From: Raja brachyura
Taxonomy: Eukaryota
Assembly (NCBI GenBank): GCA_963514005.1
Contig: OY740809.1
Span: 18,290,001-18,354,000 of the forward strand
Length of the DNA: 64,000 bases
Direction: 5' to 3'
Part shown: piece after piece, positions 1 to 12,447 of the stretch
How the letters are laid out: every line of letters starts with the position of its first letter
Position numbering within the stretch: position 1 is the first letter of the stretch
Made by a program: the position numbers and the translations under genes
The notes under the pieces: generated by a model
What the model was told of the DNA's origin: nothing
The model's input: only the letters and a program-made list of their open reading frames with translations
The model's database searches: none

Positions 1-80
1 GACCATGCTGACCCCTTCTGGGCTTGTCTATTTGCCTTTGATTTGCCCATATCTCTCTAAACCTTTCCTATCCATGTAAC
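1..80 (-). mobile_element. CR1-type LINE 3' fragment
   Basis: ccatatctctctaaacctttcctatccatgta matches CR1 3' ends at 4.8, 12.2 and 62.1 kb. Confidence 0.55.
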
Positions 81-221
81 AGAGGATAAAGCTGACTCGT
101 GAGCACAGTGCTGATCGGTAAATACAATAGCATGAGTTGGATTTGAACAGCAAATGTTTGTGCAAAAGTAAAAGTTGATGGAAAATGGGAAACCCATTGA
201 GATTACACTGGTGCAGCTGTG

Positions 222-536
222 GGTGACGCAGTAGCATAGTTGGTAGAGCTGCTGCCTCACAGCATCAGGAACCTGGGTTTGATCCCGCCCTTGGACACTG
301 CTTGTGTGGAGTTTGCATGATTTCCCTGTGACTATGTGAGTTTCCTCCAGGTGCTCTTGTTTCCTCCCTCATCCCAAAGACATGCAGGGTTTGTAGATCA
401 ATTGGCCTCTATAAATTGCCTGTAGCTGTGTAGGGAGTGGGTGAGAAAGTGAGATAACATAGAACGAGTGTAAACAGGTGATTGATGGTTGGCAAGGACT
501 CGGTGGGCGAGGGGCCTGTTTCCATGCTGTATCTCC
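222..536 (+). mobile_element. tRNA-derived V-SINE (HE1-like)
   Basis: tRNA-like head with A/B boxes, central tgtggagtttgca..ttcctccc..cccaaagac domain, CR1-shared tail gggcctgtttccatgctgtatctc. Confidence 0.85.
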
Positions 537-1059
537 GATCATTGAAATACTCATATCTATAAGGTACAAAAACATGGAAGTGGATTTCAACAACAAATAA
601 GCTACAACAACATTGGGAGCAATGCGATCTTTCTTGATGAATCCTGTAAACAAGGCCAGTAAATCACCTCAGGCCCAATGTCTGCACCAACATTGTGAGT
701 GTTTTGTTCAACCTTAAAAAGACATTTGGGGCATTGAGTCCGGTGGTGGCAGTCAAAGGCAATGGTGTCGATCTTCCCAATATTTAGTTAAAGGACATTT
801 TTTGTTTGTCCAGTATTGATTGTTAACAAACAAGTTGCAAAATTAGGATTTAGGGACAGTAAAAGGTACAATTAAAGTGGAAAGATAGAGTGGGGCATTG
901 TCGGTATTCATGCATTATCTGATGTATCTTTAGTCAAAGTCATTGAAGGCTAGCCATTGAGAAATAAGGAAGACTAAAGAGAGGAAGCCTTTGTAAATGA
1001 CTCTGTAGGGAGGACATTATGGAGAACAATGAAGACATGAAAGAACGGACACCAGAAGG

Positions 1060-1250
1060 AAAGAGCTGGAGACGCTAAAATATTGAGCAAAAACAAAATG
1101 CTGGGGGTACTCAGCAGGTCGTGCAGCATCTGCGGAGGGAAGTAGACAGACGATGACTCAGATCAAGACCCTTCTTCAGACCCTTCCCAACCCATATACC
1201 TCCACAGATGCTGCCTGACCAGCTGAGATCCTCCAGCACTTTGTGTTTTG
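1060..1250. mobile_element. Fold-back Penelope pLTR-derived element (older copy)
   Basis: Inverted arms acaaaatgctgg..ctcagcaggtc / gaccagctgag..ccagcactttgt with a decayed antisense HHR. Confidence 0.75.
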
Positions 1251-1782
1251 CTCGAGAAGAGAAGAGCTGAAGGAGGTTGGTGCTGTCAACTGTGTCAAAA
1301 ACCGCAGACATGGTGAAGGGCTGGGAGAAATAGTATGTCACAGATACAATGTCATAGGATGTTATTTCTGATGTTTCAATGTTGCATCAATCTCATATAT
1401 ATTTGTCACTCTGTGGTACTTGGTATTAAATTCTCTGCGCAGCAGCAACAGGTATTTTAATCTATAGGTAGGACTATCTTCTGACGGAAAGAGAGCTATT
1501 CTGGCCCCATCCATACCCCAGTAATGTAGCCAGGTTTGTGCAAGGTGGTTGAATCTGAGTGCTCGCGGAGAGGGTGCATCTCGTTAAGTTGCATTCAGAT
1601 GAACGTCAGTGACCTTTCCCTTAAAAACTTCAAATTAAATTCAGAGTAAAACTTCTGCCAGAAATATCTAATTCTCCAAACTATATTGCTGACATTTTGA
1701 TGCTACCTTTGGCCTTTTAGTCAAAAGAATACTTTGATTTTAGTACAGAAGTAAAATACCTATATTGTTCCTGAACTTTTCT

Positions 1783-1969
1783 TTTTTCTACATTTATTTT
1801 TTTAATTTTATTTTTTTTAATTTTATTAGAAGTAAATACAGGAATATGGCACCACGGTGCCTAATATATATTCACATATTACATTTTATGTACAGCTTTT
1901 TTTTTAATAATGAAAAATAAAAAGAGAGAATAGATAATAAAAGATAGAGAAACATGTGATATATAGTGT
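1783..1969 (-). mobile_element. 5'-truncated L1-type 3' end with poly(A) tail and 11-bp TSD
   Basis: T-rich tract plus tttatt (AATAAA on minus strand); TGAACTTTTCT at 1772-1782 and 1970-1980. Confidence 0.7.
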
Positions 1970-2009
1970 TGAACTTTTCTAATTCTTTTCCGCCAAGACT
2001 GTTGAGATC

Positions 2010-2315
2010 TGCAGTTAATTCCCTAATTGTCATTTTCTAAAACGTTCAGAAGGCAATTAAGAGTTGGTTATGCTGCTCTGAGTCTGGGATTACAGATTGG
2101 GTAGGGAGCACAGAATCTCTCCTCGAAATGACACTGGTGAACCAGATTATTAACATCCGGATACTTTCATGGTCACTATTAATGATGTGAGCATTTTATA
2201 CCAAAATAATTTCTTAATTACTTTGATTTAATCTCCACCACTGTTACAGTGATGTTTTGAATCTGTGTCTCCAGAAAAAAAAGCAGTTCAGGCTTTTTGA
2301 TACCAGCCCTGTTAT
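2010..2315 (-). mobile_element. Old tRNA-derived SINE, second family
   Basis: gtgaaccagat..ttcatggtcactatt block recurs at 28.2, 46.2 (+), 49.4 and 59.7 kb. Confidence 0.55.
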
Positions 2316-2629
2316 GTGCAAAATGATGGGAATCAACCACATATCCTCCCAATGTTTTACTCAGGAGCCTCCTAAACTTTAAATGCCACAACATGAGCTC
2401 GCCTCCTTCTCGCCTCTACTAATTTGTACAAAGCTCTCTTCAAATCAATATTTTGAGCAATCCCCTTCCAAACTTCCCAAACTCATTCAACCATTTCCAC
2501 TAGGCATGGAGATATGATTACCAAATGCAGGTAAAATATAAAATTGGAGCCACAACTGCCGACGTTTACTTTGAATACTGCCTAACAAAATTAATATAAA
2601 TGTTAATTAGATGTTCACCCTGATTGTGT

Positions 2630-2770
2630 TAGTAAAGGTGTCAAAGGTTACAGGGAGTAGGCAGGTGAATGGGGTTGAGAGGGAAAAATAGATCAGCCAT
2701 GATTGAATGAGGAGCAGACTTGATGCACCAAATGGCCTAATTCTGTTGCTATGCCCTACGGTCTTACGAT
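2630..2770 (+). mobile_element. CR1 LINE 3' end
   Basis: gatcagccatgattgaatg..aaatggcctaattctg, as at 11.9 kb. Confidence 0.7.
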
Positions 2771-2914
2771 ACATAGAACCAAAGATTACCTGTTGAACTA
2801 TTATTCTCCCTTTGCACTACTTTTAAAACCAGAATTGATGACTATCCTTACACCCGAGCTAGCAACATTGGAACTCTACCCTCAAGTAGGTTAGAAGAGG
2901 GAGAGCAATGGACA

Positions 2915-3142
2915 ATGGAAGGGACATGGGGGGACTGTGGTGGGAGACGGGGGGATGGAGGGGACTGTAGTGGGGGACGGGGGGGGGGGGGGGGTGACGA
3001 GGAGGGTAACTTTGTCAGCGCTTTAGGTGGCTGCTATTTGCATAACAAATTTTTCTCTGTGCCTTATCACTTTCCAATTTATTGAAGTATTAAAGTATTA
3101 ACTTTTATTAAAGTATTTCAATAAAGTATTCCATTCCACTCC
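2915..3142 (+). repeat. G-rich tandem tract followed by a non-LTR element 3' tail
   Basis: Repeated gggggactgtggtggg units, long G run, caataaagtattccattcc tail. Confidence 0.5.
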
Positions 3143-3242
3143 AGAAGAGTACCTTGATTCCTTAATCGCCCATATGTAATATACTTCCAGTAGGAAACTG
3201 AATTCATTATTCCTGTTTAATGACGGCCCAGCAAATTAAGCA

Positions 3243-3464
3243 TGTGTAGAAAGGAACTGCAGATGCTGGTTAATACCAAATATAGACACAAAGTGCTGGA
3301 GTATCTCAGCGGGTCAGGCAGCATCTCAGGAGAAAAAGGATTGGTGATGTTTCAGGTCAGGTTCGGGTCTGAAGAAGGATCCCGACCCAAAATGTCACCC
3401 ATCCTTTTTCTCCATAGATGCTTCCTTGACCCACTGAGTTACTCCAGCACTTTGTGTCTATCTT
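3243..3464. mobile_element. Fold-back Penelope pLTR element with 14-bp TSD
   Basis: Inverted arms of about 75 bp; CAGCAAA(T/A)TAAGCA at 3229-3242 and 3465-3478; HHR core with decayed GAAA. Confidence 0.85.
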
Positions 3465-4772
3465 CAGCAAAATAAGCACCCCGTTTGGTAATCCAAAGGC
3501 TCTGTTTGTGCTCAGCCCTGGGTTGTTTTTACCTTGTTTTTTAAACTGTTTTTAGTTTTGGAATTTTGCTCAGTAACAGAATGAAGCTGCCATGAAGAGA
3601 TAGATAAGGAAGTGATTGATTGACAACAAATTGTTTCATGAATAAATCGCAGTGAGCAGGGAGGAAGGAAAGTTTTTGTCTATGAATTGGAATTTCAACA
3701 ATGTGTCCAAGTGTAATCTGAATCTGATTGTCTTGAATTGGTTTCCTTCCGTGGTAATGGATTGGAATTTCCACTGGAACAGTGAAGGTGGCTGAATAGT
3801 TGGGTGCTGTTCATTCTCATATCAGTCCAGACTGTTACAGACAGGCAAGGATGGGATTGGGGTGTTTTCATCATCTCATTCTGACTGTTGCAGCTCATAC
3901 ATTTATTCTTTGGACATAATTTTCTGCACCATTGTATAAATCAGTGAATGCTCGAGTGGTTCAACTTCTTTAAGTTGAATTTGTTGCAATATTGCTCAGT
4001 TATGCAGAAGAGAAAGGATGCTCATTTTTTTTTCTGCCTTAATTGTGGGGCAGAAGTGTTTTGAAAATGGGATTGGCTGTAACTTGGTGATAAACAAGAC
4101 CAAGTCTCTTTGAATGGGAGATTATGGAGAAGGTTGAATGTGTGTGTGGATGGTCTTTCATTCTGCAGAAACGATCCTCCTCGCCTCCCCTTCCTGCTCC
4201 ATTATTGAAGATGATTATAGATCTATGTCAAACTTCTAGCGGGATGCCGTGGCAAGGATAGAGCAGCTGTATAAAAATCTCTCCTGCGTTTTATTTTGTC
4301 ACCAGGGTGTAGATTTTCAACTGAAATATGGTATAACATCCTCTCAATAATAAATATTAGGTTAGTGGTCATGAGTCTAGAGTGGGCCATAAACTCAGAA
4401 CTAAACAAACTGAGAAACAAATGGCCTTTCACTGACCCAAGTTTGATACTTTAAAATCCTTTTAAATTCAGATGACAATATTTCATTAAATGTCAATGAC
4501 ATAAACTTCATTGTATTTCAGTCAGTGCTCATCTGCAAAATTGGACTCCTCTGTCATGGTTCTGTCTGCGGACATGGTTCTGCTTATTTTTCATAGTCTT
4601 GAATGTTCGATGAATTTGGGACAAGATAATTTAGGCTTCACAGACGCTCATTCATTCCCCACCAGGCTCCAATCTGTCTGCTCTCCTCTTTCACAACAAC
4701 ATATCTGTGGCATTATTTGACATTTCCTAAATCATCAAAAATAAATCCATCACAGGGTGGGAGAAAACTTTG

Positions 4773-5065
4773 CAGAGTCATTGTCATTAAGTGATACAGT
4801 GTGGAAACAGGCCCTTCAGCCCAACCTGCCACACCAGCCAACATGTCCCAGCTACACTAGTCCCATCTGCCTGCATTTGGTCCATATCCCACCAAACCTG
4901 TCCCATCCATGTACCTGTGTAATTGCTTCTTCACTGTTGGGATAGTCCCAGCCTCAACTACAGTACCTCCTCTGGCAGCTCATCCGATACTCCCACCACC
5001 CTTTGTGTGAAAAAATGACCCCTTAGTTTCCTATTTAATCTTTCCCCCTTCACCTTAAACCTATG
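4773..5065 (-). mobile_element. CR1 (HER1-like) LINE 3' end
   Basis: Reverse complement of the CR1 3' end at 29.9-30.17 kb. Confidence 0.85.
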
Positions 5066-5764
5066 ACAATATATTCATCAAAAGGTTTCATTTTTATTTT
5101 AGTTTTTAACCAATACTAATTGGGAGAAAACCCCACCTTAAGCCTACTTGGATAAAATAGTTTTGATGTTTTTTCATCAATTAAACTCCATGCCAACAAT
5201 AAATGTTAGACATGCCATGTTTACCATTTCATTCAGCGTATTTTAAGATTGCCATAGATGATCTTCAGTGCAGACTCCTGATCAATCCATTGTTTTGGGG
5301 GTTCATATCATGATTTAGTTCAGCAGGAAGATGGTAATAGGTTTTAATGACATGACACAAATATAAAATCATACGTGTCTTTAATCTGGCCTTTGTCAAT
5401 TGGCAGCAGACTACAGATCAGTTCAGTATATATGACATCCATTCTGTCCTTTCTTAAATATCCCATGAAATAAAATAGGCCATTTGGCCCATCATGTCTA
5501 TTCCAACTCTCAGAACAAAGCCCATTTCCTCAGTTAGTTCCCTCTAATCTATTGTCACTTATGTGTCCAAGAATTCTGCCTTGATTCTCCAGCTGCGCCA
5601 AGGGTAATTTACAGCAATCAATTAACCTAACCTACAGGAACCTACTGACCTGCACACCTTGTGTCTGCAAACCAGACCTTCTGGGCTGAGCCCACTCAGG
5701 GAGATCATGCAACCATGGAGGGTTAGAGAGGCTCCAGTGGAGGTTTACACGTCTAATCCCATGA

Positions 5765-5908
5765 ATGATTGGGTTTACATATAATGAGCATTTGGGGGCA
5801 CTAGGCCTGTACTTGCTGGAGTTTAGAATGATGAAGGGGACCTCATTGAAACTTACTGATTAGTGAAAGACCTGGATCAAGTGGATGAGGAGAGGATGTT
5901 TCCACTAG
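5765..5908 (+). mobile_element. CR1 ORF2 C-terminal fragment
   Basis: LGLYLLEFRMMKGDLIETY-like sequence. Confidence 0.75.
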
Positions 5909-5909
5909 C

Positions 5910-6080
5910 TGAAAACTGCAGATGCTGGAAATCTGAAATATAGACAGAAAATTCTGGAAGAATTCAGCAGCTGAGACAGCAACTGTGGAAAGAGGATCAA
6001 TAAACATTTTGAGGCTATGCATTTATATTTCCACAGGTGCCATTTGACCTGTTGAGTCTCTTTGCATTTTTTTTCTATCA
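5910..6080. mobile_element. Old fold-back Penelope pLTR element
   Basis: aactgcagatgctggaaatc head and a decayed inverted arm. Confidence 0.55.
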
Positions 6081-6239
6081 AAGCAGAAATCCCTGTTCAT
6101 AATGCAGTTGATATCATCCAAGGTGTTGCCTTGTAATCCATGCCATGCCACCAAAGGACCACAAAGTAACTGTCAGGTATCTGTAACCTCATAAAGATTT
6201 GAGTTCTACTTTCTGAATGTAGTATATTCTTACTTACTT

Positions 6240-6545
6240 TGGCGTGGCCAGTGGCACAGCAGGTAGAACTGCTGTCTCCCAACTCCAGAGATGGTCTGGA
6301 TGCAGTTGTCTGCTTCTCCCTGCGTCTGTGTGGTTCTCACAGGTGCACTGGTTTCATCCTAAATTCCAAAGACATTCTAGTCAGTTAATGAGACATCTCT
6401 GCTGTGTACTGATGGTAGTAGAATTGTGGAAATTTAATGAGCATGTGAAAAGAATGGATTGTAGGGAAATAAGTGAGTTAACAGAATTGTCTGAGAGCTG
6501 GCATGGATCTGATGGGACAAATAGTCTCCTTCCAAGTCATCATTA
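6240..6545 (+). mobile_element. Decayed V-SINE
   Basis: gtggcacagcaggtagaactgctg head and V-domain remnant. Confidence 0.6.
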
Positions 6546-6929
6546 AAAACATGAAATACCAGGTTTATCCTCGTACGTTTATTTCTAATTCTGAGAATCA
6601 AAATTCAACCCACCAGTTTCCAGTATAAATGGTTAAATATATTTTCTGTGGTCCAGTGCTAAACCAAAGCACATACATGTATGGGGTTAACTCCGACTCC
6701 CAGTATCTTCTGAAGTCTAAATGAAAGGAAGAGCTTTGAAATATTCCTGGTAGAAAATGGAAAGTGTTTTTATTTGTGTGTGTCTGGATGCTGTATGATG
6801 GATGAGGCCAAATCAGACACCTACCTTCTGCAGTACCATTGTAATAATCGCATTCTGTTCAGTGGAACTGCTGCTGATTAGATTTATACATTTCTGTTGT
6901 GGAGTGTGAGGCTTCACAATGAATACATA

Positions 6930-7435
6930 TTGTAAAGTAAGCATGCAGGTACAGCAGGCAGTGAAGAAAGTGAATGGCATGTTGGCCAGGAGTTGTGTAT
7001 AGAAACAAAGAGGCCCTTCTGCAGTTGTACAGGGACATAGTGAGACCATACCTGGCGTATTGTGTGCAGTTTTGGTCTCCAAATTTAAGGACAGACATTC
7101 TTGCTATTGAGGGAGTGCAGCGTAGGTTCACGAGGTTAATTCCCGGGATGGCGCAACTGTCATATGTTGATAGAATGGAGTAGCTGGGCTTTTACACTCA
7201 GGAGTTTAGAAGGATGAGAGGATATCTTATTGAAACATATAAGATCATTAAGGGTTTGGACATGCTAGAGGCAGGAAACATATTCCCGATGTTGGGAGAG
7301 TCCAGAACCAGGGGCCACAGATTAAGAATAAGGGGTAAGCCATTTAGAACCGAGATGAGGGTAAACTTTTTCACACAGTGGGTTATGAATCTGTGGAATT
7401 CTCTGCCTCAGAAGGCAGTGGAGGCTAATTCTCTA
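6930..7435 (+). mobile_element. CR1 LINE ORF2 3' fragment
   Basis: LQLYRDIVRPYLAYCVQFWSP; RGYLIETYKIIKG; FFTQWVMNLWNSLP. Confidence 0.9.
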
Positions 7436-7490
7436 TCTTAAGAAACATTAGGATAAAATCCAGAATTTGTTATGGTACAGTCTCTGATCT

Positions 7491-8350
7491 GTAATATAGT
7501 AATATAGTAATGGTTTCTTTATTGTCATTGTAACATGAACCATGTACAACAAAATTAAAAAATGTCAACCAGCCAGTGCACCATTCAAACCATAAAAGCT
7601 AACGATACATACAAGGTAAAATATTAAAAAAGATAAACAACTAAAATAAATATGAAATATGAAAATGGCACGCATAGTCACCCAACCCTACATCCTTCTG
7701 TCGATTTCACAGTGTACCAACCACAGTCCCTTAGTCCCCGCGTTCCTTGGTGGCTGCATTTAGTGCCTTTATAGCAGTGGGGTAAAAACTTTTTTAAAGT
7801 TTGTTTGTCCTTGTCCTTGTAGATCTGTACCGTCTGCCTGACGGCAACAGTTCAAACAGGGAGTATCCAGGGTGGGAAATGTCCTTTATAATATTCTGGG
7901 ATTTTTTGATGCAGCGGGAACTGTGTAAGTCCTCCAAGGTAAGGAGAGGGCAGCCGACAATCCTCTGGGCGTTGTCAATGGCCCTCTGGAGCGCTTTCCT
8001 CTGAGCCGCTGTGCAGCTGGTGTACCTAACGCATACACAGTATGTTAGGATGCTCTCAATGGAGCACCGATAAAAGGACAGCAGCAGTCTCTGTGTGATG
8101 TTATTCTTCCTGAGCACCCTCAGGAAGTGCAGTCTCTGCTGGACCTTTTTCAGCAGCGCAGAGGTGTTCACACTCCACGTCAGGTCCTCCTCAATATGGA
8201 TTCCCAGGAAGCGGAAATCCGCCACCCTCTCCATACAGTCCCCTCTGATGATTAGTGGTACCAGTTCTGTTTTGTTCTTCCTCAAGTCTATTATTATCTC
8301 CTTGGTCTTTAAGGTGTTCAGGAGCAGGTTATTTTCTCCACACCACCACT
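7491..8350 (-). mobile_element. Rex1/Babar LINE, 5'-truncated
   Basis: FRFLGIHI..LTWS.NT..KK.QQRLHFLR..FYRCSIESILT..LLPSGRRYRS; AATAAA plus (TTACTATA)n tail. Confidence 0.9.
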
Positions 8351-8399
8351 AAACTTCTCAGACAAGTGTGGAGTATGCTTTGCAATCTTGGCATTATCT

Positions 8400-8850
8400 A
8401 AGAAAGTGCTGGGCTCAGATTCTGGTGACTTGAACTCCAGAATTTAGAATGATATTCCGCTACATTACTAAGGAAGCACTGGGAAGAAATAATGCTTCAT
8501 CTGGACGCTGGGATGCATCGGACAGATTTCATGGGGCTATTAAAAGCATTTACGTTTGTTTTTTCTGATATCTGAGCCAAATTCAAATTTCACTGTACCT
8601 TAATTGGTACACGTGGCAATAAACTGACCTTGAAACCTTGAAATATTATCCCCAAACCAAAATTACTAAAATAGATTATCTCTGCATTGCCGCTTGTGAG
8701 GGCTTTCCACACACAAAATAACTGCTACTGTATGTTTCCTAAATTACAAAAGTTATTATGATTCATACCTTATTGATAAACTTTAAAATATTTAGAGTTG
8801 TTCTGAAAGTGTTGTGAAGGATATTATATGAAGAAAGCTTTTCCTTCTGG
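8400..8850 (+). mobile_element. Ancient Deu-domain SINE (SacSINE1/AmnSINE-like), interrupted at 8578-8643
   Basis: gcc-aatattatccc..tactaaaatagattatct..cattgccgcttgtgag..tttcctaaattacaa resembles the Deu core as I recall it. Confidence 0.55.
8578..8643 (+). mobile_element. 65-bp LINE 3'-tail micro-insertion
   Basis: caaatttcact + GTACC-ttaatt-GGTAC hairpin + AATAAA + (ccttgaaa)2. Confidence 0.65.
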
Positions 8851-8977
8851 TGCAGAGTTCCTCCCACAATAACTTGGGGAGATTCAGTTTAGTACAACAG
8901 TGTGCACATATGTGTGTGCTTTATATTTTGCACAATATGTAGTTATTTTATGTAATATAAAACATTTCATCATCTGT

Positions 8978-9100
8978 CGACACAAGGAACTGCACATGCT
9001 GGTTTGCAAAAAAAGACACCCTGTGCTGCAGTAACTCAGTTGGCCAGGCACCATCTGTGGAGAACATGGATAGTGGGCACTTTGGGTCGGGACCGCTCAT
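8978..9100 (-). mobile_element. Penelope pLTR fragment
   Basis: acacaaggaactgcacatgctgg..gtaactcag..tttgggtcgggacc. Confidence 0.75.
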
Positions 9101-9699
9101 TGTGCAACATTTATTCATCTTTTCTACATTGCACAGAGAAGTGACCGGGGTAGTTTTCAAAAAATAAGTTACAAGATAGAAGATGCTTGGACCGATTTGG
9201 AAAATGTGTTTCAGTACTCAATAAAGTGTCCTTATTTATTTCATTCTAGCCCTTCTAGATGAGATATAGAGACAGAGATTCATGAGCACGTCTTGAAACC
9301 TCGACCATTGGATTTGGTGGTCTCGACGTGGCTTTGTTACTTTGACAAAACCAAACATAGAATGGGCAACTGTTTCGCTGAACATGGAACATAGAATAGT
9401 GCAGCAACATCAACAGGCCCTTTCACCCACAATATTAAAAGATTCAGCATTCAAAACCGCTCCTTCGGCACACCAAGCCCACACTAACTATCAGACATCC
9501 ATTCACACTAGTTCTACGTGATCCCACTTTCTCTTCCATGCCTAACTCCCCGTATTCATTCTGCAGGACCTCATCCCTTTTCCTTCATTGCAATTTATGC
9601 TAATGTGCACAACAACCTCTGGCTGTTTCCCCATGAGAATATTCTGCAGCCACTACAAGAATCTGGCACCAAGCAGACAACACACCACACTGCAATCCC

Positions 9700-10125
9700 A
9701 TTTGTTGTCACAGAATCTCCTAATGGTCCCGCCTGACTAATGAGCCTCTTATCACAATTACTTTGTCTGCTTTCACCCTACCCCGCAGGACTAGCATACC
9801 AAAGCCCCTAACAGCCATATCTATTACATTACAGTAAGAACACCGTAACCCTCCGCTCAGTCTCCTTGCCGAAGCCTTAGCACTTCCCCTCAAACACAGC
9901 CCTCCACTCAACACACATGTTCTCTCAAAATGGCGACTCCCACTATAGGCTGCTGCTCTGCCTGTCTTCCTTTCACGTACACTAGCAGCAGCTTTTTATA
10001 CCCCTCGCGCTGCTCCTCCTCTCAGCCGCCCACTCGCTATTGAAACTGTGCCCCACCCCATCCCACATCGCTTTTCCAGCTTTCTCCCACTCTGCTGCAC
10101 TCTACACCACACTCCATTGGCCCAA
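9700..10125 (-). promoter_or_regulatory. Probable CR1 5' end / Pol II promoter-like region
   Basis: On the minus strand: CCAAT (10116-10120), TATAAAAA (9993-10000), CGCCATTTT YY1-like site (9927-9935), then a decayed ORF start MAVR. Confidence 0.4.
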
Positions 10126-10139
10126 CCCGTAAAGTCAGC

Positions 10140-10222
10140 TGTCCATACACCAGATGCTGCCTGACCCGCTGAGTTCCTCCTGTGCTTTGTTGTTGCTTAA
10201 GGTTCCAGCATCTGTGGTTTCT
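10140..10222 (+). mobile_element. Penelope pLTR tail fragment
   Basis: cagatgctgcctgacccgctgagttcctcc..ccagcatctg. Confidence 0.7.
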
Positions 10223-11962
10223 TAATGGCAGAACAGTTAAGCAAGTTATTTGGTTCTGTCTTCGTTAAGGAAGACACGAACAATCTCCCAGAAATACTAG
10301 GGGATCGAGGATCTAGTGGGAGGTGGAAACTGAAGGGAATCCATAATAGTCAGAAAATGGTGTTAGGAAAACTGTTGGGACTGAAGGCAGATAAATCCCC
10401 AGGGCCTGATGGTCTGCATCCCAGAGTACTCAAGGAGATGGTCCCAGAAATTGTAGATGCATTGGTGATCATTTTCTAATGTTCTCTCGACTCTGGATCA
10501 GTTCCAGTAGACTGGAGGATAGCCAAGGAGGGCACTCCACGTTTTAAGAAAGGAGGAAGAGGGAAAATGGGGAATTGTAGACCAGTTAACCTTATGTCGG
10601 TAGTGGGGAAGATGCTGGAGTCGATTATTAAAGATGTTATAGCAGCACATTAGGAAAGCAGTGATGGGATCGGTCAAAGTCAGCATGAATTTATGAAGGA
10701 GAAATCATGCTTGACTAATCTTTTGGAATTTTTTGAGGATGTAACAAGTAGAATGGATAAGGGAGAGTCAGTAGATTTGGTGTATCTGGACTTTCGAAAA
10801 GCTTTTGACAAGGTCACATATAAGAGATTTGTGTGCAAAATTAGAGCATATGGCATTGGGGGTAGGGTATTGACATGGATAGAGAATTGGTTGGCAGACA
10901 GGAAGCAAAGAGTAGAAATTAACAGGTATTTTTCAGAATGGCAGGCAGTGACCAGTTGGGTGCCGCAAGGCTCGGTGCTGAGACCCCAGTTGTTTACAAT
11001 ATATATTAACGATTTAAATGAGGGAATTAAATGTGACATCTCCAAATTTGCGGATGACACAAAGCTGGGTGGCATTGTGAGCTGCATTGAGGATGCTATG
11101 AGGCTGCAGGGTGACTTGATAGGTTGGGTGAGTGGGCAGAAGCATGGCAGATGCATTTAATGTGGATAAATGTGAGGTTATCCACTTTGGTGGCAAGAAC
11201 AGGAAGGCTGATTATTATCTGAATGGTGTCAGATTAGGAGAAGATGAGGCGCAATGAGGCCTGGATGTCCTTGTACATCAGTCACAGAAACTAAGCATGC
11301 AGGTTCAGCAGGCAGTGAAGAAAGCTAATGACACGTTGGCCTTCATTGCGAGAGGAATTAAGTTTAGGAGCAAGGAAGTCCTGCTGCAGTTGTACAGGGC
11401 CCTAGTGAGTCCGCACCTGGAGTATTTTGGTCTCCTAAAGGAAGGGAATTATTGCTATTGAGGGAGTGCAGCATAGGTTCACAAGGTTAATTCTCGGGAT
11501 GGCGGTACTGACATACGATGAAAGAATGGGTCTACTGGGCCTGTATTCGCTGGAATTTAAAAAGGATGAGAGGGGACCTTATATAAACATATACAATTCT
11601 TAGAGGATTGGACAGGGTAGATGCAAGAAAAATGTTCCCGAAGTTGGGGGGACCAGAACCAGGGGTCACAGTTTAAGAATAAAGGGTAGGCCATTTAGGA
11701 CTGAGATGAGGAAAACCTTTTCACCCAGAGAGTTATGAATCTGTGAATTTCTTGGCCACAGAAGGCAGTGGAGGCCAATTAATTGGATATTTTCAAGAGA
11801 GAGTTAGATGTAGCTCATGGGGCTAAGGGAATCAAGGGATATGGGGAAAAAGCCGGAACGGGGTACTGATTTCGGATGATCAGCCATGATCATATTGAAT
11901 GGCAGTGATGGTTCGAAGGGCTGAATGGCCTACCCCTGCACCTGGTTTATATGTTTCTATGT
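10223..11962 (+). mobile_element. CR1 LINE, 5'-truncated, RT pseudo-ORF to 3' end
   Basis: KSPGPDGLHPRVLKE; SCLTNLLEFFE; VYLDFRKAFDKV; VPQGSVL; SKFADDTKLGG; tatgtttctatg tail; stops and frameshifts. Confidence 0.95.
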
Positions 11963-12190
11963 ACAATGATTTGACAAAGTATGAGGCAGCTGGGGAAGTT
12001 GATGATGAAGTGGAGAAAGTAAAACTTGGAGTGAAGCATATTATCCTGAATCAAGAACTAGTTTGCATGGAAAAATGCTAATATAAAATCGACATCGGAA
12101 TTTAAAATTATGGAAAGCTGCACAGGGCTCCAGTTTTTAAACAAATTGCAAACAGCGCAGTCTGTTGCATACTATGTGCCTAATTGCTTC

Positions 12191-12447
12191 TAGAGTCATA
12201 GAGTGATACAGTGTGGAAACAGGCCCTTCGGCCCAACTTGCCTCCACTGGTCAAGGTGTCCCAGCTACACTAGTCCCACCTGCCTGTGCTTGGTCCATAT
12301 CCCTCTAAACCTGTCCCATCCATGTATCTGTCTAACTGTATCTTAAAAGTTCGGATAGTCCCAGTCTCAACTACCTCCTCCTGCATCTTGTTCCATACAC
12401 CCTCCAGCCTTTGTGCGTAAAAGTTGCCCCTCAGATTCCTATTAATT
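12191..12447 (-). mobile_element. CR1 3' end
   Basis: NLRGNFYAQR..WNK..EEVVE; agagtcatagagtgatac tail. Confidence 0.85.

Noticed and set aside
3243-3464. Fold-back elements as DNA-transposon MITEs or miRNA genes
   Set aside because: Arms match the Penelope 3' terminus at 48.8-48.9 kb, are asymmetric and have long variable TSDs.
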